Positions 41,878 through 50,144 of a stretch of 64,000 nt of DNA are shown here, piece by piece (position 1 is the stretch's first letter; the number at the start of each line of letters is the position of its first letter). A model generated the notes under the pieces. The model saw only the letters and a list, made by a program, of their open reading frames with translations. It did not search any database and was not told the origin of the DNA. A program made the position numbers and the translations under genes. Source of the DNA: a virus. The stretch spans positions 8,895 to 72,894 of the IMG/VR virus record IMGVR_UViG_3300013233_000109; one strand, written 5' to 3'.

Positions 41878-42883
41878 TTTATTTAAAAAAGCTATGGTTT
41901 TCACAGACATGCATCTAGGTTTAAAAAACAATAGTGAACGGCATAATAAAGATTGTCTAGCATTTGCTACGTGGATGGTCGCGAAAGCTAAGGAGGAAGG
42001 TTGCGAAACTTGCTTGTTTTTGGGGGATTTTCACCACCATCGTGCTAGTATTAACTTACAAACATTAAACTACAGTCTTAAAGTATTAGAAATGTTAAGT
42101 AATAATTTCAAGAATACTTATTTTATCCCGGGCAATCACGATCTATATTATAGAGATAAGCGTGATATACACGGGGTTGAGTGGGCAAAGCATTTACCTA
42201 ATATTACTATTGTAAATGATTGGTTTAAGGAAGGTGATGTTGCTATTGTGCCGTGGCTAGTCGGGGATGATTATAAAAAGCTTACTACTATTAAAGCAAA
42301 ATATATGTTTGGACATTTTGAACTGCCGCACTTTAAAATGAATGCGTTAGTAGAGATGCCGGATCACGGTACTGTGAAATCTGCCCAGATGGCTAACGTA
42401 GGACACGTATTTAGCGGGCATTTCCACATGAGGCAGCAACGTGAGAATATTACTTACATCGGAAACTGTTTCCCTCATAATTTTAGTGACGCCGGTGATG
42501 ACCAGCGTGGATGTATGATTTTAGAGTGGGACAAAGAACCTACGTTCTACAAGTGGGACGATCAGCCTCTTTATCAGAATATTAATTTAAGTGATTTAAT
42601 CGACAAAGGTGAAGACATATTAAAACCTAATATGTCAGTCAGAGTGCAGCTGGATATTGATGTAAGTTACGAAGAGGCTAATTTTATCAAAGAGACATTT
42701 AATGATAAATTCGGATTAAGAGAGATTAGTTTACAAGCGATTAATCAGAATGAATTTGAGGATGATAACAACGAATCTATTTCATTTAATAGTGTAGATA
42801 CTATCATTAGCGAGCAGATTACTGCTATAGACAGTGATATGTATAAGCCGGCATTATTAATGGATATATACAATAATTTATAG
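41870..42883 (+). CDS. gp47: Recombination endonuclease subunit (Mre11/SbcD family)
   Basis: DMHLG, LGDFHH, GNHD, GHFE and SGHFH metallophosphoesterase motifs. Confidence 0.93.
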   Translation: MSNLFKKAMVFTDMHLGLKNNSERHNKDCLAFATWMVAKAKEEGCETCLFLGDFHHHRASINLQTLNYSLKVLEMLSNNFKNTYFIPGNHDLYYRDKRDIHGVEWAKHLPNITIVNDWFKEGDVAIVPWLVGDDYKKLTTIKAKYMFGHFELPHFKMNALVEMPDHGTVKSAQMANVGHVFSGHFHMRQQRENITYIGNCFPHNFSDAGDDQRGCMILEWDKEPTFYKWDDQPLYQNINLSDLIDKGEDILKPNMSVRVQLDIDVSYEEANFIKETFNDKFGLREISLQAINQNEFEDDNNESISFNSVDTIISEQITAIDSDMYKPALLMDIYNNL

Positions 42884-42947
42884 TTCAAAACATTAGGAAA
42901 ACTTTAAAATTGGTAGTATAATTAATGTTTAACAATAAGGAATTTCA

Positions 42948-44858
42948 ATGATTAAGATACGTAATCTCACCTGCAAGAACTTTATGTCCGTAGGTAACGC
43001 TAGTCAAGCTGTGAATTTCGACAGAAGCGATTTAACCCTTGTGCTGGGGGAGAATTTAGATCTCGGTGCGAATGGTTCTAAAAATGGTACGGGAAAAACT
43101 TCTCTGATTAACGCACTAAGTTATGCTTTTTACGGTGAGGCGCTTACTAAGATACGTGTTAATAATCTCATTAACAAGACTAACGAAAAGAATATGCTTG
43201 TTAGTGTTGAATTTGATATCAATAATGATGAGTACAGAATCGAACGTGGACGCAAACCTAATTTATTAAAGTTTTACAAAAATAACCAAGACTTAGATGA
43301 TGCACAGGATGATGCGCAAGGTGATAGTAGAGAAACACAAAAGGAAATTGAAAAATTACTAAATATAAGTCACGATATGTTCAAGCATACTATCGCGCTA
43401 AACACATACACCGAGCCCTTTTTATCTATGAAGGCGAATGATCAAAAGAATATCATTGAGCAATTATTAGGTATTACCGTTTTAACAGAAAAAGCAGAAT
43501 TATTAAAAGATGTTACCAAATTATCTAAAGAAGGAATTAAAGAGGAAGAATTTCGAATATCGGGACTTATTAAAGCCAACGAGCACATTGAAGAGCAAAT
43601 ATCAAATCTGGAACGACGTCAGCGTATATGGCTTAAACAAAACACTTCCGACCAAGCAGATATAACGTCTGCTATTAGCGCGCTCACTGGCGTTGATATT
43701 AATCTAGAAATTGCTGCACATACAGCTAACGCAGAAGCTATTATTAATGCTGATAAAATTAATACTGCTGAGAAATTTGATATCGATAAATGTAATGCTG
43801 AATTTGCTTTACAACAAGATCAAGAGAAAGCTGAATTAACTAAACATACGTTAGCAGTTAACGAATGTAATAAATGGATTGACCGTATAGAACGCGATAA
43901 TAAAACACTAGCACGTAATGTAACCGGCTTACAAAAGGATATTGATTTAATTAAAGATCATAAATGTCACGCTTGTGGGCAGGATTTGCACGATGCTAAG
44001 CAAGAAGAAAACATAGCGTTCAAGGAAAATGAATTACAGAAGATTGCGTTACAATTACTTACTAATCAAGAACAAGAGATGGAACATAAGCAAACACTAG
44101 CAGATTTAGGTGAGGCTCCGCTTGCTATTCCGGACGTGAACGATACTAGAGATTATGCGCCAGTTTTACCTAAAGTTATAGAAACTTTTTATAAAACGGT
44201 AAATGAGGCACATGAGCATAAATCCTCGCTCGCTACGCTCACAGCACAATTAGCTACGGTGAAGGCAGCGGTGGATCCGTACAGTGACCAGATTACAGAA
44301 ATGGCCGAATCTGCTTTACAGGATGTAGATTATACTGAGATGAATCGTTTAACTGAATTAAACGCACATCAGACATTTTTGCTTAAACTTTTAACTAGCA
44401 AAGATAGCTTTATTCGTAAAAAGATTATTGAACAGAATTTAAATTATCTCAATGGGCGATTAACACATTATCTTAGCGAAATTGGGTTACCGCATACTGT
44501 AAAATTCTTATCGGATTTGTCCGTGGAGATTACAGACCTCGGTAGAGAATTGGATTTTGACAATCTAAGCAGGGGCGAGCGTACTAGACTTATTTTATCA
44601 CTATCGTGGTCATTCAGAGATGTACTCGAAAGTATGTACAGTCATATTAATTTGATGTTCGTAGACGAATTAGTAGATAATGGTCTAGATACCACTGGCG
44701 TGGAAGCTGCCATTAAGATTTTAAAGGGCATGGCGAGAGAACGTAATAAATCTGTATGGCTAGTGTCGCATAGAGAAGAATTAATAAGTCGTGTTAATAA
44801 CACGATGAAAGTTATTAAAAGTAATGGCTTTACTAGCTATGAAGGGTTAAACGAATGA
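42948..44858 (+). CDS. gp46: Recombination ATPase subunit (Rad50/SbcC family)
   Basis: KNFMSVGN, Walker A NGTGKT, coiled coil with CHAC zinc hook, LSRGE signature, FVDE Walker B, SH switch. Confidence 0.95.
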   Translation: MIKIRNLTCKNFMSVGNASQAVNFDRSDLTLVLGENLDLGANGSKNGTGKTSLINALSYAFYGEALTKIRVNNLINKTNEKNMLVSVEFDINNDEYRIERGRKPNLLKFYKNNQDLDDAQDDAQGDSRETQKEIEKLLNISHDMFKHTIALNTYTEPFLSMKANDQKNIIEQLLGITVLTEKAELLKDVTKLSKEGIKEEEFRISGLIKANEHIEEQISNLERRQRIWLKQNTSDQADITSAISALTGVDINLEIAAHTANAEAIINADKINTAEKFDIDKCNAEFALQQDQEKAELTKHTLAVNECNKWIDRIERDNKTLARNVTGLQKDIDLIKDHKCHACGQDLHDAKQEENIAFKENELQKIALQLLTNQEQEMEHKQTLADLGEAPLAIPDVNDTRDYAPVLPKVIETFYKTVNEAHEHKSSLATLTAQLATVKAAVDPYSDQITEMAESALQDVDYTEMNRLTELNAHQTFLLKLLTSKDSFIRKKIIEQNLNYLNGRLTHYLSEIGLPHTVKFLSDLSVEITDLGRELDFDNLSRGERTRLILSLSWSFRDVLESMYSHINLMFVDELVDNGLDTTGVEAAIKILKGMARERNKSVWLVSHREELISRVNNTMKVIKSNGFTSYEGLNE

Positions 44859-45389
44859 TTACTTATAGTAGATATCTATAACATTAAACTCAGTGTATAG
44901 CTTATCTAATAATTTTGTTAATTTTTGAGATTTTGGATACACTGGTACTTTCTTCTTGGGATACTTTACTTTAAATAATTTAATCATTTTATTAAACGTT
45001 GATTTTTTTATTTTTGGCTTCTTTGGAACTTCGCTCGGGTGAATAAAATAATCACCGTCCTCTGTATACGCACCGGCTTCTAGGTAATCTGCTAAATTAC
45101 GCAAATAGGTTGGCAAATCTGTTGGGTGTTTTGAAGTATCGGCACTATAATAACGTTTCCAATTGTTAGTGATCTTCCCTTCCATTGCATTTGCCCTGAA
45201 TTCAATGGCGTTGCGTATAGTTCCTTTATCAGTGGCATACGGTTCCGATTTTAGTTTATGTATATGATCTAGTGCCATTTTTTCTACCGGGACAGGAATT
45301 CCAAGCAAGGGGCAGATGCCGTTATTTTCCTTGTGAAGTTTTTCTTTAAGAATTTTAATATCCTTTTGTTTAAGCTCTTTAAATGCCAT
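44859..45389 (-). CDS. gp49: Endonuclease VII-like Holliday junction resolvase
   Basis: NGICP...LDHIH...GTIR...NAMEG...YLRNLADYLE...IHP aligns by eye with T4 gp49. Confidence 0.78.
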   Translation of the reverse strand: MAFKELKQKDIKILKEKLHKENNGICPLLGIPVPVEKMALDHIHKLKSEPYATDKGTIRNAIEFRANAMEGKITNNWKRYYSADTSKHPTDLPTYLRNLADYLEAGAYTEDGDYFIHPSEVPKKPKIKKSTFNKMIKLFKVKYPKKKVPVYPKSQKLTKLLDKLYTEFNVIDIYYK

Positions 45390-45428
45390 AGTAGTATTTA
45401 TATGGTGTTAAATAAGTAGCAATAATAC

Positions 45429-45457
45429 TTGACAGATGAGTTATTATCTACTATAAT
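45429..45457 (+). promoter_or_regulatory. Perfect consensus sigma70 promoter facing an ORF-free region
   Basis: TTGACA (45429-34), N17, TATAAT (45452-57). Confidence 0.85.
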
Positions 45458-45463
45458 ATATGT

Positions 45464-46095
45464 ATATTAAGAAAAAATAGTTATCGAGATTTACGTGATA
45501 ACTACTATTACAAAACAAACATAAGCATGGCAGTACGCGGTTGATTTCTGCCAATCAAGACACTCACTGTAACACGGGGTTTCCGCTGATTAATCGAGTT
45601 TTTGTTGCTCGCTTTAACACACTACCCGAAAGGGCGCCATTAAAATTAAGACCTGAATGTGCATTGTAGCAGTCAGACAATCTTTGCTTTGTGTTATCGG
45701 AATGGTTATTTCTTAGAAATAAGAAGTATTTTAGTGAGTGGGACGTCAAGACGCCATCTAATTTATTAGATACAGTTACCCCACAATGCATTATCATTAG
45801 CTTGGGTATATAAGCTGATAATGTATACGTTGTAGATTAAATTCTAGATTCACATGTAATGGAGAGAACGTTAACCTGCTCCCCTCTAGCGATAGAGTTA
45901 TGCTATATACCCTGTGGCTAAATCTTTAAAGAACTTTTCTTTTGATTTCGTATCATTTAGTAGTTTGATTCTGTGGCTTTAAAATCTTTTAAAATTGCTT
46001 TAAAAAATGAAGTTCTCATTTAACTCTCAGTTCAGGTCTGCCTACTATTCACTACGTTCATAGCAGTCATTGATTCATCTCATCTGAGCTGAGAA
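45464..46095 (+). ncRNA. Candidate large structured non-coding RNA (boundaries approximate)
   Basis: No plausible plus-strand ORF; GNRA-capped hairpins and several perfect 8-9 bp long-range complementarities downstream of a perfect promoter. Confidence 0.55.
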
Positions 46096-46370
46096 TCATC
46101 GATTTACTTCTTTATTTCTTTTAGCTGATATATAAGCAAAAACATATACATCTCTCATATAACAGTCAAAATATATTACAATATCTAAATTAATTAATTC
46201 TGAAAGAATGCTGTACGAGTTAATGAAATTAACGATGTATTCATTCTATACGAGCACAGCGAAGTATAGACATGAAAGAGAATTGCTGCCACAGTATATC
46301 ATTAAACTCTAGTAATGACTAAAGCATCAAGAATATTATTAACCTGTGTTTAAACACCATAAATACAAGT

Positions 46371-46667
46371 ATGAATATAAATGACTTAAAAGGCTCGAGC
46401 GATATCTATTATTTAGGTAGGGCAATGTGGAAAAAACAAGAAAGTGCTACATGGCAAAAGAAAGTTAAAAAATTAGCTAAGACTACTAAAACTCACTGGT
46501 CTGGAAACGCAAGCAATGCCGATGCGTTCAGTGTTTCAAAATCATATAAATTATTCAATGAAAGCACTAACAAAGTAGTAGCAACCATAACAGAATCTGA
46601 ATTAAAAATGCTAAAACACGCTAGTGTAAAAATACGCTCGGAACGTGACGGGATCTTAGACTGGTAG
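46371..46667 (+). CDS. Hypothetical late protein
   Basis: CATAAATA 5 nt before the ATG. Confidence 0.7.
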   Translation: MNINDLKGSSDIYYLGRAMWKKQESATWQKKVKKLAKTTKTHWSGNASNADAFSVSKSYKLFNESTNKVVATITESELKMLKHASVKIRSERDGILDW

Positions 46668-46720
46668 CTAAATACCGACCTACCACAAAATACATCATTT
46701 TTGTAAGGTAGTGATATTTC

Positions 46721-46939
46721 TCAAAAGTACGGAAGCCCACTCTTTTCTGTCGTTTTCATATTCTCTTTAGATAGTTTAGCGATCATATCGCGTTCTGCTG
46801 CAGATAAATTCAAACAATCGTTGTATTGAATACCACCACGCATAGCCCAGGTTAGGCTCATAGCGTTCTCTTTAATGATATTACATTCCTTTTCTAAGTC
46901 ATCAACATAAGCGGAAATAGCCTCGGCATCGAGGGCCAA
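46721..46939 (-). CDS. gp51-like/tail assembly chaperone C-terminal part, probably made by -1 frameshift from the upstream gene
   Basis: W.MRGG..Y.D.LNLS..ER motif; no ATG or RBS at the 5' end; lies in the -1 frame of 46945..47778. Confidence 0.7.
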   Translation of the reverse strand: MALDAEAISAYVDDLEKECNIIKENAMSLTWAMRGGIQYNDCLNLSAAERDMIAKLSKENMKTTEKSGLPYF

Positions 46940-46944
46940 TAACT

Positions 46945-47778
46945 TTACTCGAAAAAAGACGTCATATCCAGTGTAAACGGCTGTTCGTACTTATGTCCGC
47001 AATCATCACACGTAATAGATAATGGTTTAAGATCAGTTTTAGCACGCTCGCTAACAATATGAGATTTGATACCGTTGTAAATAGCTCTCTCACAATTCTG
47101 TAGATACGCTAAAATATGTTCTGGATCATCCACTACGGCACCCGGTACAGCTATATTACTAATATTTTTCACAAGCGTATCTAGTGTGTATTTAGAGACT
47201 TTTTTAAATGCGTCCGATAACAGTTTAATACGCTCCTTCTCAGGAAGTGTATCATCTTGCTTAACAATCATTTGCTGTAATTGCTGTTCTTCAAATTGAA
47301 TCTGATTATTCTCATTCATCTCGAAATAAGTTAACGGTTTAAAAGTAACAGAAATATCACCAGCATCAAACGTATTATGATAATCTGGCGAATGTAAATT
47401 ATCTAGCACATCGTGTAAATTTAGTTCATAATCGGACATTTCGTTGCATTCGGGGCAAGTAGTGCTAATCTCCATATTATGTGAGAAGCTAGCTATACGT
47501 ATCGCAGCTAATATAGCAGTAATATCAATGCTCGGCATTTGCCACGGATCAATTATACTAGGAATACAGCTTTTAATAACATCAACTAGTGCTGAACCAT
47601 TGAATAGTGCATCTGGGGTTCGATAAGTAATTTCGTCCAATGATGTCATAGGATAAACAGGCAGTTCTTTCGTCTCGGGCATATCTAACGTACCCTCGGG
47701 ATAAAAGCTACCTTTGCTCGGTAGTGCTAGGTGTATTGCTGGTTTGCGGAAGTAGCCCGCTAGTGGATTTTCATTCAT
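46945..47778 (-). CDS. gp26: Baseplate hub assembly/tail chaperone (gp26-like)
   Basis: LPSKG.FY, PMT..DE, IR.AS, CPEC and CDDC zinc motifs, ending TSFFE. Confidence 0.8.
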   Translation of the reverse strand: MNENPLAGYFRKPAIHLALPSKGSFYPEGTLDMPETKELPVYPMTSLDEITYRTPDALFNGSALVDVIKSCIPSIIDPWQMPSIDITAILAAIRIASFSHNMEISTTCPECNEMSDYELNLHDVLDNLHSPDYHNTFDAGDISVTFKPLTYFEMNENNQIQFEEQQLQQMIVKQDDTLPEKERIKLLSDAFKKVSKYTLDTLVKNISNIAVPGAVVDDPEHILAYLQNCERAIYNGIKSHIVSERAKTDLKPLSITCDDCGHKYEQPFTLDMTSFFE

Positions 47779-47789
47779 TTTTTAATGTC

Positions 47790-47816
47790 CATAAATAGTG
47801 TATATGAGTATTTATA
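47790..47816. promoter_or_regulatory. Pair of opposing late promoters
   Basis: CATAAATA on + (47790-97) and TATAAATA on - (47816-09) between divergent genes. Confidence 0.7.
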
Positions 47817-47828
47817 GGGATAAAACAC

Positions 47829-50081
47829 GTGGATGATATAAACGACCAAGCTGAAGAATTCATCGAGATGATGACTGAAATGTTGCGCGATCCGCAAGTA
47901 TCAGCAGCTGAATTAAATAGCAAATTCAGAGAATTATCATCTGGCTCCGGGAATACTAGCAGCAATCTTCAAAAGTTAGGCGATGCTGCTGACGAGTTAA
48001 CAGGCTCGATGTCGCAAACATTGAAAGCATTAGGATCCGGTAATACAGAATTCACACAGCTAAATGGTCTAGTAGAGTCGGTTGGATCAGCACTTTCTGG
48101 GCTGCTAGGAAAAATACCACTAGTAGGAGTGGCACTCGAAGCAATGGGCGAAGGTGCCACTGAAGCATTTACTTATGCTATAGAACAAGCACAAATGGGC
48201 TATTCATCATTTATTGAATTAAGTAAAGCTGGTGTAATCGGAGCCGAAGGTGTAACAGGATTAGGTCACGCAGCCGGGCAAACTGGCATACCGCTAGCAA
48301 CATTAACAAAACTATTAGGCGAAAACACAAAAACAATGGCAATGTTTGGCGGATCTGCTTTAGCAGGTGCCAAACATTTCACTGATACTATGACAGTAAT
48401 GCGCACAGGAGTAGAAACTGAATTGCGTAACCTAGGTTTCTCAACTGAAGAAATCGGCGAAACTATAATAGAATTTAAGAAACAACAAATAATGCTTGGA
48501 CTACGCAGTAGTATGTCTGACAGAGAAACCGCTTTAGCAGCCAAAGAACTAGGCATAGAATTAGACTTAGTTGCTAAGTTAACAGGTGTTAGCAGAAAAG
48601 AGCAGCTGGGCATGCGAGAAGCAGCATTATCCGAAGCGAGATTTAACTCATCTTTGCAACTAAAGTACACAAAAAAGCAAGGAGACAACCTCCAGGCGTT
48701 TAACGCTAAATTACTAAGTTTAGGATTAGATGGTGTAGCTAATGGTATGCGAGATTTAACATCGGGATTTATTACAACCGAGGCGTCTCAGCAATTATTC
48801 ATATCATCAAGTGGCAAAGCAGCAGATATAATTAACAGTGTTGCCAAAGGATCGATATCATTAAATAAAGGAATAGAGCAGTTACGATTAGCCACTAAAG
48901 GAACCTACCAAGCTCAGCTTAATTTATCACTAGCATCAGGTGACCAAGCAGGTGTATTTATTAAACAAATCGAAGCATCAAAATTGCAAGGTGCCTCGTC
49001 AACTAAATTAGCCGAAATAGACGCAAAAATAGCACAAGATAAACAAAAAAATTCAAAAACAACAGATAAAAATACTAAGAAATTAAACTCGTCTGTAGTT
49101 AACCTTGAAACTACAGCAGCAAGAATAAATGAATTATTTCTAACCACAGCAGCTGGACCTATTGCGATCAAATCATTTAGCGACGGTCTTGACTTACTAA
49201 CCGCTAAGATTAGCGATATTCTCGGTATTGAAAATAATACGCGAACACAAATCGAACAACATGCAGCTATGGCATCATACGGAGTTGATCGGGTTAGGGG
49301 CGAAGATATTCAAAGTACAAGTAGTATTACTAATGAACAACAGCAAATTGTAAACGCATCCAATAGTTTAAAATCATCAATTGAGTTAATGACGCAACAA
49401 CTAGCAGATGAAAAAGAAAAAACTAACGCAAATTCTAGTGTCATTAAAGGATTAACAGAAGGGATAGAACAACAGCGACAGACATTGCTGCAAGTTAGTG
49501 TTAAAAAAGCTAACTTCGAAGAAACAAGTAAAAAATCAGCCTACGAAATATTTAGTAAATTTGCAGCCGAAAATAGAAAAAACGATATATTTCATTCAAC
49601 TGAAATGAAATCGTTTATCAGCGAAGCAGGGCTGTCAGGCTCATACGGCCCTGAGAAACAAAAAATAATGGAATCCATAATACAAAAATCAATGGATCGC
49701 GGAGAAGAAGGTATATGGACTAAAAATAAAAGTTGGCTTGAGAAGAATATCAACAATGATTATAATATGCCTAGTAGTGTAATCAAAGCACTGCAAGGAG
49801 TCAAGGCACTAGGTGTATCAGCGCCAAAGTCAGTTATAGAGAAGCAAGAAAAACACAAAATTGAAATAATCAAAGATGCCACTAAAGCAGCTACACAAGC
49901 AACACAAGCAAATAACACGCAACCTAACGATATGCTAGCAAAAGAAATGAAAGAAGCTAATAAAGAATTGATATCAAATGGCAAGCAAAATATAACAATG
50001 TTATCTACGCTAGATAGAACCGTGAGAGACTTAGTATTAGCAACTAACAAGCAAACACAGCTAATTGGCAATATCAGTTAA
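47829..50081 (+). CDS. Tape measure-like protein
   Basis: Long alpha-helical, Ala/Gly/Ser-rich, LAKLTG-like (VAKLTGVSRKEQ) motif; next to the gp26-like chaperone and the portal gene. Confidence 0.68.
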   Translation: MDDINDQAEEFIEMMTEMLRDPQVSAAELNSKFRELSSGSGNTSSNLQKLGDAADELTGSMSQTLKALGSGNTEFTQLNGLVESVGSALSGLLGKIPLVGVALEAMGEGATEAFTYAIEQAQMGYSSFIELSKAGVIGAEGVTGLGHAAGQTGIPLATLTKLLGENTKTMAMFGGSALAGAKHFTDTMTVMRTGVETELRNLGFSTEEIGETIIEFKKQQIMLGLRSSMSDRETALAAKELGIELDLVAKLTGVSRKEQLGMREAALSEARFNSSLQLKYTKKQGDNLQAFNAKLLSLGLDGVANGMRDLTSGFITTEASQQLFISSSGKAADIINSVAKGSISLNKGIEQLRLATKGTYQAQLNLSLASGDQAGVFIKQIEASKLQGASSTKLAEIDAKIAQDKQKNSKTTDKNTKKLNSSVVNLETTAARINELFLTTAAGPIAIKSFSDGLDLLTAKISDILGIENNTRTQIEQHAAMASYGVDRVRGEDIQSTSSITNEQQQIVNASNSLKSSIELMTQQLADEKEKTNANSSVIKGLTEGIEQQRQTLLQVSVKKANFEETSKKSAYEIFSKFAAENRKNDIFHSTEMKSFISEAGLSGSYGPEKQKIMESIIQKSMDRGEEGIWTKNKSWLEKNINNDYNMPSSVIKALQGVKALGVSAPKSVIEKQEKHKIEIIKDATKAATQATQANNTQPNDMLAKEMKEANKELISNGKQNITMLSTLDRTVRDLVLATNKQTQLIGNIS

Positions 50082-50144
50082 TAAATCTTAAACGTTTTAA
50101 ATCCATAAATAGCAATAACATATAAAACATTTAGGATTTTAATA

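Noticed and set aside
45564-45797. 77-aa minus-strand ORF inside the intergenic region
   Set aside because: No RBS or recognisable motif, and it is antisense to a perfect promoter; the sequence is better explained by RNA structure
45464-46320. tRNA, tmRNA, RNase P RNA or group I intron in the intergenic gap
   Set aside because: No T-loop/CCA end, RNase P P4 consensus, or interrupted host gene was recognised by eye; a covariance search is still needed
47804-47836. Tiny ORF (MSIYRDKTRG) just after the plus-strand late promoter
   Set aside because: Only 10 codons and out of frame with the tape measure gene; cannot be supported without ribosome profiling
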